Part shown: piece after piece, positions 9,867 to 19,430 of the stretch
How positions within the stretch are numbered: position 1 is the first letter of the stretch
Layout of the letters: each line of letters begins with the position of its first letter
Assembly (NCBI GenBank): GCA_049322655.1
Contig: JBMORP010000006.1
Location: forward strand, 384,410-448,409
Source of the DNA: Patescibacteria group bacterium
GTDB taxonomy: Bacteria; Patescibacteriota; Microgenomatia; UBA1400; PJMF01
Direction: 5' to 3'
Length of the DNA stretch: 64,000 nt
Notes under the pieces: generated by a model
Databases searched by the model: none
Seen by the model: the letters and a program-made list of their open reading frames with translations, nothing else
What the model was told of the DNA's origin: nothing
Program-made: the position numbers and the translations under genes

Positions 9867-10541
9867 TTATTTTTTAGCTGATTTGGTAGGAGCTTTTTTC
9901 ACGGATTTTTTAGCTTCTTTTTTTACTGGCTTAGCAACTATTTTCTTTTTTTCAACTTTTACAATCTTATCTTCTGCTACCTCAGAAACAGCTTTTGCTT
10001 TTTCTTGAATTTCTTTGAGTTTTTCTTTTTCTTCTCGCTCAATATCAATAATTGATCTTAACTTAATACCACGAATTTTAACAATTTGTTCGATCTTTTT
10101 GAGAGCTTCAAAAGCAGCATAAACACTAGATGCTTGATTCTCACTACCCAAAATCTTGGCAGAAATATCTCTAACACCAGCAGCTTCAACCAAGGCTCTT
10201 ACTGGACCTCCAGCGATAACACCAGTTCCTTTAGGAGCTGGTTTTAATAATACTTTGCCAGCACCTTTTTTAACTTCCATTTTGAAAGGAATAGTGGTGC
10301 CATCCAAAGGGACAGCAATCATTTTTTTCTTGGCTTTTTTAATTCCTTTTTTGATAGCCGAAACTACCTCTGGAGCTTTACCCAAACCAACGCCAACTTG
10401 ACCTTTTTTATCACCAACCACCATCAGTACGGAAAAGCCCATTTTGTTTCCACCTTTGGTTTTCTTTGACACTCTAGAAATTTGAATCACTTTTTCTTCA
10501 AATTCCTTAACTTCTGGTGTATTGCCTTGAAATTTAGACAT
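9867..10541 (-). CDS. rpsE: 30S ribosomal protein S5 with charged C-terminal tail
   Basis: RVSKKTKGG, VGDKKG.VG.G.GKA, PAPKGTGVIAGG. Confidence 0.96.
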   Translation of the reverse strand: MSKFQGNTPEVKEFEEKVIQISRVSKKTKGGNKMGFSVLMVVGDKKGQVGVGLGKAPEVVSAIKKGIKKAKKKMIAVPLDGTTIPFKMEVKKGAGKVLLKPAPKGTGVIAGGPVRALVEAAGVRDISAKILGSENQASSVYAAFEALKKIEQIVKIRGIKLRSIIDIEREEKEKLKEIQEKAKAVSEVAEDKIVKVEKKKIVAKPVKKEAKKSVKKAPTKSAKK

Positions 10542-10545
10542 AGTA

Positions 10546-10902
10546 TTAAACGTTAATTCCTTCTGCACGAAGAGCTTCAGCAACAACTTTCACTCTCCCG
10601 TGATATTTATATGAGCCACGATCAAATTGTAATTTTTCAATCTTAGCTTTCTTTAAACCTTTTACCAATTCTGCCGTTACTTTGGCAGCTCTTTCGGATT
10701 TAGTTCCAGCGATTTTCTTTTTACCCAAATCACTAGCAGCGACCAAAGTCTTTCCAGCTTCATCATCAATTGCTTGTAAAGAAATATGTTCGTTAGAACG
10801 CAAAATCGTCAATCTTGGTCGTTCTGCTGTGCCCATCATTTTGGAACGAACTCTTTTCTTTCTTTTTTCAGCTAGTGTTTCATTATGTTTAATTACTGAC
10901 AT
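10546..10902 (-). CDS. rplR: 50S ribosomal protein L18
   Basis: GTAERPRL, FDRGSYKYHGRV. Confidence 0.96.
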   Translation of the reverse strand: MSVIKHNETLAEKRKKRVRSKMMGTAERPRLTILRSNEHISLQAIDDEAGKTLVAASDLGKKKIAGTKSERAAKVTAELVKGLKKAKIEKLQFDRGSYKYHGRVKVVAEALRAEGINV

Positions 10903-10917
10903 TTTTAACCTTTTTTA

Positions 10918-11457
10918 TTAAGCAGTTGCTGTCTTACCTGGCTTGATACGAACAACCTCATCTTCGTGTCTAATACCTTTACCTTTGTAAGGCTCAGGAG
11001 GTCTAATCGCTCTGATGTTAGCAGCTACTTGACCAACTAATTGTTTATCAATTCCCTCAATATGAATGGTGTCGTTACCTTCAACCGAAAGTTTAATGCC
11101 CTCGACTGGAGTAATCTCAACCGGGTGAGAAAAACCGACTGTTACACTGATCCCAGCTCCTTTGGCCGTAGCTCTATATCCAGTCCCAACCAATTTTAAA
11201 GTTTTTTTATAACCATTAGTAACACCTTCGGCCGCACCAGCCAATAAACTTCTCACTAAACCATGATAGGCACGGATCTGTTTTTCATCATTAGCTCTAG
11301 TGACAACTAAAGTGTTTTCCTCTTGAGCAACTTTAATTCCTTCCATCACTGGTACGACTAAAGTTCCTTTAGGACCTTTGATAGTCACTTGACCATTTTC
11401 AATGGTAGCTGTGACTCCTTGAACTAATTCAACTGGTTTTTTTCCGATTCTTGACAT
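10918..11457 (-). CDS. rplF: 50S ribosomal protein L6
   Basis: MSRIGK, RPPEPYKGKGIR. Confidence 0.97.
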   Translation of the reverse strand: MSRIGKKPVELVQGVTATIENGQVTIKGPKGTLVVPVMEGIKVAQEENTLVVTRANDEKQIRAYHGLVRSLLAGAAEGVTNGYKKTLKLVGTGYRATAKGAGISVTVGFSHPVEITPVEGIKLSVEGNDTIHIEGIDKQLVGQVAANIRAIRPPEPYKGKGIRHEDEVVRIKPGKTATA

Positions 11458-11473
11458 AACAATTATTTATTCT

Positions 11474-11863
11474 TTACCAAACTTGGCAAAGAAGTTCTCC
11501 TCCGACATTTTGTTGACGAGCTTCTTTATCTGTTAAAAGCCCTTTACTAGTAGATACAATCGTAATGCCATAACCATTAAGAGTAACCGGCACTTGATCA
11601 ACCGTAGAGTAGAGTCTGCGACCTGGTTTTGAAACTCTCTTAACTCCAGAAATCTTGGGTAGTTTACCCTCATAACCTAAAGCTAACACTAAGTCTGCTT
11701 GTGGTTGTTTAGCAACTACTTCAAAACTTTCAATATAGTTATTAGCAACTAAAATCTCGGCAATAGCTTCCTTCACTTTAGAATGAGGAATCACTACCTG
11801 CTTATGCTTGGAAAGCAAAGCATTCTTAATTCTAGCTAGCATATCTGCGATTGGATCTGTCAT
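11474..11863 (-). CDS. rpsH: 30S ribosomal protein S8
   Basis: TDPIADML.RIKNA, SKPGRR.Y, STSKG. Confidence 0.97.
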   Translation of the reverse strand: MTDPIADMLARIKNALLSKHKQVVIPHSKVKEAIAEILVANNYIESFEVVAKQPQADLVLALGYEGKLPKISGVKRVSKPGRRLYSTVDQVPVTLNGYGITIVSTSKGLLTDKEARQQNVGGELLCQVW

Positions 11864-11864
11864 A

Positions 11865-12095
11865 TTATTTACTTGCCTTTACCACTCCTGGGAGTTCCCC
11901 TTTCATGGCTAATTCCCTGAAAGTAATTCTGCTTAAACCAAAGTAACGCATGTATCCCTGAGGACGACCGGTAATTTTACAACGGTTTTTTCCTCTGGTC
12001 GAGACTCTATTTGGTTTCTTCTCACCTGATAAGTTATATTCAGCACGAAGGGCCAAGATTTTCTTATCTTTAGCGATTTTTGATTTTTTAGCCAT
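11865..12095 (-). CDS. rpsN: 30S ribosomal protein S14 (no Zn ribbon)
   Basis: [36 protein letters not shown]. Confidence 0.95.
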   Translation of the reverse strand: MAKKSKIAKDKKILALRAEYNLSGEKKPNRVSTRGKNRCKITGRPQGYMRYFGLSRITFRELAMKGELPGVVKASK

Positions 12096-12097
12096 AA

Positions 12098-12661
12098 TTA
12101 CTTTTTATCCTCTTCTTTTTCAAATGGGAAACCCAAAAGTTCCAACATTCTGAAAGATTCTTGATCATTCTTTGTACTTGTCACAATATTGATTTGTAAA
12201 CTTCTAATACTTTCAATTTTGTCATATTCAATCTCTGGAAAAACGATTTGTTCTTCAACACCCAGAGAATAATTTCCTTGACCATCAAAAGCAACTCGTG
12301 AAATACCTCTAAAATCTTTAACACGAGGCAAGGCAATAGAGATTAGTTTATCCAAAAATTCCCACATTCTTTGACCTCTCAAAGTCACAGCCACGCCCAA
12401 AGGATCGCCTTCTCTTAATTTAAAGTTAGCAATAGATTGACGAGCACGAGTGATTTGAGGCTTTTGCCCGGCAATTACAGTAAATTGATCAGCAATGTTC
12501 TCAATAACTTTAAGTCTAGCTTTAGGATCAGCTGGGTCTTTAATTCCCATGTTGAGCACTACTTTTTGAATTTTGCCAACAGCAAATACATTATCATGAT
12601 TAAACTCTTTTTTGAGAGTTTGCACCACTTCTTGTTGGTATTTTTCTTTTAGTCTATTCAT
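12098..12661 (-). CDS. rplE: 50S ribosomal protein L5
   Basis: GQKP, FKLREG, VTLRG, FDGQGNY. Confidence 0.97.
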   Translation of the reverse strand: MNRLKEKYQQEVVQTLKKEFNHDNVFAVGKIQKVVLNMGIKDPADPKARLKVIENIADQFTVIAGQKPQITRARQSIANFKLREGDPLGVAVTLRGQRMWEFLDKLISIALPRVKDFRGISRVAFDGQGNYSLGVEEQIVFPEIEYDKIESIRSLQINIVTSTKNDQESFRMLELLGFPFEKEEDKK

Positions 12662-12670
12662 TTTGGCCTA

Positions 12671-13009
12671 TTATTTCTTTGTTGTTTTCTTAGTTTCTTT
12701 TTTAGTCGCAATTACTGTACCGGTTTTTTTGTAAACTCTCTCTTTTTTGCCGTCTTTGGTTACTTTATAACCAACTCGATCGATTACACCTTTATCGTTA
12801 ATAATAGCGATTTTAGCGGTAGGAAGTGGTCTTTCTCGACGAATGATTTCTCCTGGTCTACCACCATAAGGTTTAACGTGTTTAGCATAAACATTAATAT
12901 CTTTAACCAGAACAGTACCTTCTTTAGGAAAAACTTTAACGATTTCTCCTTTTTTGCCCTTATCCTTACCAGCTGTAATGATTACTTGATCTCCAATAGT
13001 AAATTTCAT
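12671..13009 (-). CDS. rplX: 50S ribosomal protein L24
   Basis: KOW motif GDQVIITAGKDKGKKG. Confidence 0.95.
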   Translation of the reverse strand: MKFTIGDQVIITAGKDKGKKGEIVKVFPKEGTVLVKDINVYAKHVKPYGGRPGEIIRRERPLPTAKIAIINDKGVIDRVGYKVTKDGKKERVYKKTGTVIATKKETKKTTKK

Positions 13010-13010
13010 A

Positions 13011-13385
13011 TTACAAAACCTCCGGTGCTAAACTAGCAATTTTGTTAAAACCATTATCTTTGACTTCACGAGCAATTGGGCCAAAAACACGAGTGCCAAC
13101 TGGATCTAGCTTGGTTCTTGATTCAATCACCACTGCAGCATTATCATCAAAGCGAATATATTCGCCCGAAGCTCTGCGTGATTCTTTTTTCGTTCTTACT
13201 ATTACTGCTCTCACCTTAGCACCTTTTTTAATGGCACTATTAGGATCAGCACTAATCACAGAAGCAATGACAATATCACCCACATAACCAAATCTTCTTC
13301 TAGAACCACCATAAACTTGAATGGTACGAAGTTTTTTGGCTCCGCTGTTGTCCGCGACTTTTAAAACAGATCTAAGTTGTATCAT
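13011..13385 (-). CDS. rplN: 50S ribosomal protein L14
   Basis: [31 protein letters not shown]. Confidence 0.97.
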   Translation of the reverse strand: MIQLRSVLKVADNSGAKKLRTIQVYGGSRRRFGYVGDIVIASVISADPNSAIKKGAKVRAVIVRTKKESRRASGEYIRFDDNAAVVIESRTKLDPVGTRVFGPIAREVKDNGFNKIASLAPEVL

Positions 13386-13388
13386 CGC

Positions 13389-13622
13389 TTATTTTCCTAC
13401 TTTTTTGACTATTACAAAACGCTTGGTTTTACTAATTGGTCTTGATTCTTGAATCTCGACTTTATCGCCAAGTTCAAGCTCAATGCCCTCATAGTGACAA
13501 GCATATTTTTTACTTCTTTTTACTGATTTTTGATATAAAGGATGTTGCCAAAGAGTAGACACTGTTACAGTGGCAGTTTTTTCTCTTTTTAAAGCAGTTA
13601 CCTCTCCAGTCATTGTTCTCAT
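13389..13622 (-). CDS. rpsQ: 30S ribosomal protein S17
   Basis: HPLY.K, GDKV.I.ESRPISKTKRF. Confidence 0.96.
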   Translation of the reverse strand: MRTMTGEVTALKREKTATVTVSTLWQHPLYQKSVKRSKKYACHYEGIELELGDKVEIQESRPISKTKRFVIVKKVGK

Positions 13623-13843
13623 TATTTTGCCTCTTTCTCTTCTCCAGCTAATTCCATAGCTCTGAGAGTTGTTTTGATTCGAGCAACATCATCAGCCAAA
13701 GTAGTTACTAAGCTAGTATTCTCTAATTTGCCAGCTTTTTTCTCCATTCTAGCAACAGCTAGTTTCATTTGGAGGTCAGCCAACATTTTGTTGAGTTCTT
13801 TAGCTGTTTTAGCTCGAAGTTCTGTAATATCTTTTCTCTTCAT
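13622..13843 (-). CDS. rpmC: 50S ribosomal protein L29
   Basis: ELR.KT..EL, VARIKT; synteny. Confidence 0.92.
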   Translation of the reverse strand: MKRKDITELRAKTAKELNKMLADLQMKLAVARMEKKAGKLENTSLVTTLADDVARIKTTLRAMELAGEEKEAK

Positions 13844-13846
13844 GTT

Positions 13847-14254
13847 TTATGATTTCTTCACTATTGTTGTTTTTAAAGAGATTTTATGACCAGCTTTAGT
13901 AAAAGCGGCATTAGCCATCTCTTCTGTTACCCCACCCAATTCAAAAAGAATTGTGCCTGGTCTAACTACTGCTACGTAAGTATCAATGGCTCCCTTACCA
14001 GATCCCATTTTGACCCCAACAGGCTTTTTGGTAACTGGTTTATGAGGAAATACTTTAATCCAATATTTACCCAATCTTTTGGTGGCATAAGTAATTTTCT
14101 TACGAGCAGCTTCTAGTTCTTTTGAACTAACCCAACCACCATCTAAAGCCTTCAAACCAAATTCACCAAAAGCTAGTTGGTTGCCACGAAGGGCTTTCCC
14201 AGTGTTTTTGCCTCTAAACTGTTTGCGGTATTTTGATTTTTTTGGCTGTAACAT
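13847..14254 (-). CDS. rplP: 50S ribosomal protein L16
   Basis: MLQPKK.KYRKQFRG, KMGSGKG. Confidence 0.97.
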   Translation of the reverse strand: MLQPKKSKYRKQFRGKNTGKALRGNQLAFGEFGLKALDGGWVSSKELEAARKKITYATKRLGKYWIKVFPHKPVTKKPVGVKMGSGKGAIDTYVAVVRPGTILFELGGVTEEMANAAFTKAGHKISLKTTIVKKS

Positions 14255-14262
14255 ATTACCTT

Positions 14263-14913
14263 TTAAACAATCTCTCCTTTATAAATCCATACTTTGATAC
14301 CGACGTAACCAGATCTGGTTTTAGCAGGAACTTCAAAGTAATCAATGTTAGCGCGCAAAGTTTGAGTTGGCACACTACCCTTAAAATATTTTTCCTGACG
14401 ACCAATTTCAGCGCCACCAATTCTTCCAGAAAGTTGAATTTTAACTCCCTTAGCTCCAGCAGCCATTACTTTTTCCAAAGCTTGATTGACAGCTCTTCTA
14501 TGTGGATAGCGACCAACCAACTGGTTAACCACTCTTTCAGCTACTAATCTAGCACTCAAATCAGGTGATTTAACTTCTTCTACTTTTAAATCAACCTTAA
14601 CTTGGTCCTTCTTGTCTTTAGCGACATTAATAACTTTTTCAACTTCTTTTTTAATCTCTTCTAAGTTTGTACCACCCTTACCAATTACCACACCTGGTCT
14701 GGAAACCTGTAGAACGATACGCATTTTACTGATATATCTCTCAATGTCGACTTGAACTAAGCCAGCACTAGTGAGCTTATCTGCAAAATACTTTCTGAGT
14801 TTATGGTCTTCAAGTACTTTATTTGAGTAATTAGCTGGTTTGGCAAACCAACGAGACTTCCAAGAGAAAATCTTCCCCAAACGAAAACCAGTTGGATTTA
14901 CTTTTTGTCCCAT
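14263..14913 (-). CDS. rpsC: 30S ribosomal protein S3
   Basis: MGQKVNP.GFRLG, RPGVVIGKGG, SGRIGGAEI, TLRANIDY. Confidence 0.97.
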   Translation of the reverse strand: MGQKVNPTGFRLGKIFSWKSRWFAKPANYSNKVLEDHKLRKYFADKLTSAGLVQVDIERYISKMRIVLQVSRPGVVIGKGGTNLEEIKKEVEKVINVAKDKKDQVKVDLKVEEVKSPDLSARLVAERVVNQLVGRYPHRRAVNQALEKVMAAGAKGVKIQLSGRIGGAEIGRQEKYFKGSVPTQTLRANIDYFEVPAKTRSGYVGIKVWIYKGEIV

Positions 14914-14917
14914 ATCT

Positions 14918-15415
14918 TTATTTCTTTGCTTTCTTAACTACTTTTTTGTTAGTCACTGATTTTGAAACTGTTGCTTTAGCAACTTTTTTGGCAGTGACTG
15001 GCTTAGTTTCTTTTTTTGTTTCAGTTGGCTTGACTTCAACTTTTGTCTCGGTTTCTTTGCCAACTTCTTTTTCTGTTTTAACTTCCTTAGTCTCCAAAAT
15101 CACCCTCACATGAGAAGTTCTTTTAAAGATCGTATGAGCTCGACCTCTACTGACAGCCCTAAACCTCTTATAAGTTGATCCTTCAGTCACTAAGATATTT
15201 TTAAGTTCCAATTGATCAGCAGTTAAACGGTGATTGTGTAAAGCATTAGCAACGGCTTGTCTTAAAACTTTGGCCACCACCATACTAGCTTTTCGTTCCA
15301 TCACAGCAAGTTGTTCGAAGGCACCTTTGAGAGTAAGTTTGCGAACAGCGTTAGCAACTAATCTTACTTTTCTGGGCGACTGTCTAGTGTTTTTTTGTTC
15401 AGCAATAATTTGCAT
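14918..15415 (-). CDS. rplV: 50S ribosomal protein L22 with Lys/Thr/Glu-rich tail
   Basis: SPRKVRLVA, RGRA, KRTSH. Confidence 0.96.
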   Translation of the reverse strand: MQIIAEQKNTRQSPRKVRLVANAVRKLTLKGAFEQLAVMERKASMVVAKVLRQAVANALHNHRLTADQLELKNILVTEGSTYKRFRAVSRGRAHTIFKRTSHVRVILETKEVKTEKEVGKETETKVEVKPTETKKETKPVTAKKVAKATVSKSVTNKKVVKKAKK

Positions 15416-15430
15416 ATCTAATATTTACCT

Positions 15431-15715
15431 TTATGTCTTAGTCAAGACTCTCTTCACAATACGACCATGACCTCTAAAGGTTCTGGTTGGAGCAAATTCT
15501 CCAAGCTTGTGACCGACCATACCCTCAGAAACAAAAACTTCAATAAAATTTTTGCCTTGGTGGACCAACAAAGTGTGGCCAACAAAATCAGGAGAGACAA
15601 CGCTCTGTCTAGCCCAAGTTTTAATTGGAGTTTTATCTCCTGAATCCTTTTGCTTCATGATTTTCTTCATGAGCTTAGGGTCTATATATGGTCCTTTTTT
15701 AGTTGATCTACTCAT
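15431..15715 (-). CDS. rpsS: 30S ribosomal protein S19
   Basis: [23 protein letters not shown]. Confidence 0.97.
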   Translation of the reverse strand: MSRSTKKGPYIDPKLMKKIMKQKDSGDKTPIKTWARQSVVSPDFVGHTLLVHQGKNFIEVFVSEGMVGHKLGEFAPTRTFRGHGRIVKRVLTKT

Positions 15716-15725
15716 AAGTTTTTAT

Positions 15726-16559
15726 TTACTTTGTTCTTCTGTCTCGAACAATCCACTTGTTACTTTTTCTTGCTTTTCTAGTCTTCTTACCTGGAGCAAC
15801 ATTACGACCCCAAGCTGTCTTAGGATATTTTAGACCAACACCGCTACGACCCTCACCACCACCATGTGGATGAGCTCCAGGATGTTGAGCTGTACCTCTA
15901 ACAGTTGGCCTAATACCCATCAGTCTTTTTCTTCCTGCTTTACCAAGTTTTCTATTTTTCCAATCACTATTACCAACCTGACCAATAGTAGCTAAACAAT
16001 CCTCATGAATTAATCTTTGTTCTCTAGAAGGTAATTGAACAGTCACATAGCTACCCTCTTTTGATTGAATTAAGGCATGAACACCTGCTCCCTTAACTAG
16101 TTGAGCACCTTTACCTGGTCTCATTTCCAAATTATGGATAGGCATACCTACAGGAATATTTTTAAGAATCATAGCATTGCCTGGCTTAGGATCAACCTTT
16201 TCACCAGCCATCACCGTATCACCAACATTAAGATTTAATGGAGCCAAAATATATTGTTTATCTCCATCTGGGTAGTAAATAAGAGCGATATTAGCACTAC
16301 GCATTGGATCATATTCAACTCTCTTAACAACACCAGCCACATCTTTTTTACTTCTCTTCCAATCAATTACTCTCAATTTTTTCTTCACACCACCACCACG
16401 ATGACGAACCGTAATTCTACCTTGGTAACCACGACCTTGTCTTTTCTTATGACCAGAAACTAACAATGACTTTTCTGGGTCACCTTTGTGCAGTTCTGTT
16501 CTGTCAACAACAACTAGGTGTCTTTTCCCAGGGCTAGTTGGTTTAACTTTAATTAACAT
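15726..16559 (-). CDS. rplB: 50S ribosomal protein L2
   Basis: GRITVRHRGGG, EYDP.RSANIAL, HPHGGGEG. Confidence 0.98.
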   Translation of the reverse strand: MLIKVKPTSPGKRHLVVVDRTELHKGDPEKSLLVSGHKKRQGRGYQGRITVRHRGGGVKKKLRVIDWKRSKKDVAGVVKRVEYDPMRSANIALIYYPDGDKQYILAPLNLNVGDTVMAGEKVDPKPGNAMILKNIPVGMPIHNLEMRPGKGAQLVKGAGVHALIQSKEGSYVTVQLPSREQRLIHEDCLATIGQVGNSDWKNRKLGKAGRKRLMGIRPTVRGTAQHPGAHPHGGGEGRSGVGLKYPKTAWGRNVAPGKKTRKARKSNKWIVRDRRTK

Positions 16560-16861
16560 TATTTGTCTCCTCCAATGTCAAAAACGCTAATAGAATCACC
16601 TTTTTTGAGTCTTACTAAAGCTTTCTTAGTTTTAGCCGCAAAAGTTTTTAATCTTTTTTGACCAGTTCTTTTAGCTTTCTTTGGTCTCATCACTGTATTT
16701 ACCACCTCAACTTTAACTTGATACATTTCTTCAATAGCGGCTTTAATTTTATTTTTATCAGCCACTCGCTCAACTTCAAAAGTATAAATATTCTCCAAAT
16801 TAGCTCTTTGGAGAGTTTTTTCAGTAATAACTGGTCTTCTAATTACGTAAGGATTCATCAT
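16559..16861 (-). CDS. rplW: 50S ribosomal protein L23
   Basis: RPVITEK, IKAAIE, KKALVRL. Confidence 0.95.
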   Translation of the reverse strand: MMNPYVIRRPVITEKTLQRANLENIYTFEVERVADKNKIKAAIEEMYQVKVEVVNTVMRPKKAKRTGQKRLKTFAAKTKKALVRLKKGDSISVFDIGGDK

Positions 16862-17541
16862 TATTTGGTCTCCTTCTTAGCAGTTTTAGAAGTTTCTTTT
16901 TTGGTAGAAACTTCAACCTTCTCCTTACTCAAACGATCTTCCAAAACTTTTAAAGAATCTTTGGTAAAGATAATGATGTCAGCCATAGCTACTTGCAAAG
17001 AATTAAGTTCAACAGCAGGTACAGTTAATACTTGTTCAATATTTCTTAAACTTCTTCTGATTAAATCACTGTTTCCTGCTAAAACAACCAAAACTTTACC
17101 TTTATCATCAATCATTTTATTTAATAACTTAGCAGCTTCAGCGGTTTTACCACCCAAGCTATTGAAGTTATCGGTTACTACGATTTTTTCAGTCTGCATG
17201 CTCAAAGCGACTCTTAAAGCTTGAGCTTTCATTTTTCTGGATAAAGCCTTAGTCCAGTTTTCGTTGCCAGTTGGACCATGAGAAACACCACCACCAACAA
17301 AGATGGGGGCATTCTTGGAACCATGGCGAGCATTACCGGTTCCTTTTTGTTTGTACCATTTAGCTTTGGTCCTACTGACTTCAGATCTAGTTTTAACCTT
17401 GCTAGTACCTTGTCGTAAATTGGACAAGTAAACTCTCACAGCTTGAGCTAACAAAACTGGATTGCTTTTTTGAGCAAAGATTGCGTCGTTAACTTCAATT
17501 GTGCTACCCTTACTGGTAGCGGTAATCACTTTTAATTTCAT
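16861..17541 (-). CDS. rplD: 50S ribosomal protein L4
   Basis: RQGT..VKTRSEV, QKGTGNARHGS, GGG..HGP. Confidence 0.96.
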   Translation of the reverse strand: MKLKVITATSKGSTIEVNDAIFAQKSNPVLLAQAVRVYLSNLRQGTSKVKTRSEVSRTKAKWYKQKGTGNARHGSKNAPIFVGGGVSHGPTGNENWTKALSRKMKAQALRVALSMQTEKIVVTDNFNSLGGKTAEAAKLLNKMIDDKGKVLVVLAGNSDLIRRSLRNIEQVLTVPAVELNSLQVAMADIIIFTKDSLKVLEDRLSKEKVEVSTKKETSKTAKKETK

Positions 17542-17542
17542 A

Positions 17543-18322
17543 TTAGTTTTGCTCCTCTTGAGCTTCAACTGAGTGAGTTTCAGCGACTGCTTCTACTGGA
17601 GCGGCTTCTTTTTTCAAACCCATTAATTCAAGATCTAGTTCAATTGGTTTCTTTTTACCAGTTTTCTCGATTTTAATGTAACCAGATTTAAAACCTGGTA
17701 CTGGTCCAGATAACCATAGCTCTTGAGTAGTTGGATCAATGTATAGCACTGTCAAACCATAAACTGTCTTAGTTTCAACACCATAGTGGCCAGGCATCCT
17801 TTTGCCTTTCCACACACGACCAGGAGTGGTACCAGAACCAATAGAACCAACCGCTCTAGATCTGTCTGATTGACCATGAGTTTTAGGCCCACCATGAAAA
17901 CCATAACGTTTCATTGCTCCAGCAAAACCACGACCTTTAGTTACACCTTGAACTTTGACTAAATCTCCAACTGCTAAAACTTGTTCTAAAACAACCGAGT
18001 CTCCGACTTTAACTGGAGACTCACTTTCATTGTTAACTCTAACACCTTGAATTTGGCTAACACCAAAAGAAAAACCACTCTTTTGCAATCTTGAGCGGAG
18101 TGGCTTATCCATATTTTTTAGTTTCTTTGCACCATAACCAACCTCAACAACAGTTTGAGGTTTTTTATTCCAAGTACGGGTAGATTTATCTGTAAGTGAA
18201 GTTTCGGTAAGACCAACAATAGCGTTAGGTTCTACCTTACACTTGGTTACAGCCAATCTCTTTCCTTTTTTTGACCAAGCTTGAGTCATACCCAATTTGG
18301 TTGCAAAGATTGCGTCTAACAT
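17543..18322 (-). CDS. rplC: 50S ribosomal protein L3
   Basis: KLGMTQ, KGRGFAG.MKR, PGRVWKGKRMPGHYG. Confidence 0.97.
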   Translation of the reverse strand: MLDAIFATKLGMTQAWSKKGKRLAVTKCKVEPNAIVGLTETSLTDKSTRTWNKKPQTVVEVGYGAKKLKNMDKPLRSRLQKSGFSFGVSQIQGVRVNNESESPVKVGDSVVLEQVLAVGDLVKVQGVTKGRGFAGAMKRYGFHGGPKTHGQSDRSRAVGSIGSGTTPGRVWKGKRMPGHYGVETKTVYGLTVLYIDPTTQELWLSGPVPGFKSGYIKIEKTGKKKPIELDLELMGLKKEAAPVEAVAETHSVEAQEEQN

Positions 18323-18416
18323 ACGTGTTCCAATTTCTATGTGCTCTTTGAAAGTTGCCTTTCAAAAGAAGCGAGGGCCTGTTTTTGCCCTCTTCTATCT
18401 ATCTTTTTATACTTTG

Positions 18417-18746
18417 TTACATCTTGATTTGGATGTCTACACCAGCAGGCAATTCCAAATGCATCAAAGAGTCAATCGTCTTATTGGTTGGATTGACTAT
18501 CTCAATCAGTCGCTTATGAGTTCTGATTTCAAAATGCTCTTGGGCATTTTTGTCGGTATGAGGTGAAATCAAAACCGTAAATGACTTTTTATTGGTTGGC
18601 AATGGGACAGGGCCCACTATTTTAGCTCCAGTTGACAACGCTGTTTGTAAGATCTTGCGGCTAGCTTCATCTGCGACACGATGGTCGTAAGACTTGAGTC
18701 TAACTCTAATTTTATAAACAGTTTGTGTGCCAGTGCTTTTTGCCAT
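18417..18746 (-). CDS. rpsJ: 30S ribosomal protein S10
   Basis: [27 protein letters not shown]. Confidence 0.97.
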   Translation of the reverse strand: MAKSTGTQTVYKIRVRLKSYDHRVADEASRKILQTALSTGAKIVGPVPLPTNKKSFTVLISPHTDKNAQEHFEIRTHKRLIEIVNPTNKTIDSLMHLELPAGVDIQIKM

Positions 18747-18977
18747 ATTTTTTTACTTTTTATATATTCGGTTCAAAAATTTTAAACCCAATATTTTTTC
18801 TCTGGTTTTCCAGAGTACTTAAAATCACAGGGCGTGATTATAACTAAAATTTATCGATATGTACAGGGCTAATTTGCCTGGTGAACCATGAGGTCAAAAA
18901 TGCCTTGAAATACCAGCTTTCCCGTCTTGTAAACGAGAGTGATAATTATAGCAAAAATCAAGAAAAGGAGCAAGAGA

Positions 18978-19415
18978 CTATAATTTACTAGATAAAACCT
19001 GTAAAACTGTCCTCAAAATAGCTGGATGATCAAAAGCAATTTCTTCAGACTCAATCATTTTTTCTATTTGCTCCCAATCAACCTTGACTAAGGTATCAAA
19101 CTCTTGGTGATCAGGCATCATTTCAGGACTATATTCTTCTTCTAAAAGTAACAAAAAAGCAAAAGTTACCCAGCCATTATTTTCACTAGCCTCAACAAAT
19201 AAAAAATTAGCTACAGCAATATCCAAACCCAGTTCTTCTAAAATTTCTCGCTTGGCGGCGTGTTTTCTAGTAAGATCTTCTGCTTTAAATTTTCCCCCTA
19301 AAATCTGGAGTTTATTAGGAGCTTGTTTGCTCCATGCTGGTCGACGATTTAGTAAAATTGACTTATCTGGATTGACTACTACTACTCTGGCTACTTTATT
19401 TTCAAAGTTTTTCAT
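18978..19415 (-). CDS. NUDIX hydrolase (degenerate box)
   Basis: GGKF......HAAKREILEELG, AFDH. Confidence 0.75.
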   Translation of the reverse strand: MKNFENKVARVVVVNPDKSILLNRRPAWSKQAPNKLQILGGKFKAEDLTRKHAAKREILEELGLDIAVANFLFVEASENNGWVTFAFLLLLEEEYSPEMMPDHQEFDTLVKVDWEQIEKMIESEEIAFDHPAILRTVLQVLSSKL

Positions 19416-19430
19416 GAAAATCAAAGTATA

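Noticed and set aside
16658-17224. 188-aa plus-strand ORF and many other short antisense ORFs (e.g. 24459-24905, 52189-52644)
   Set aside because: Antisense shadows of well-conserved genes, with no motifs or initiation signals
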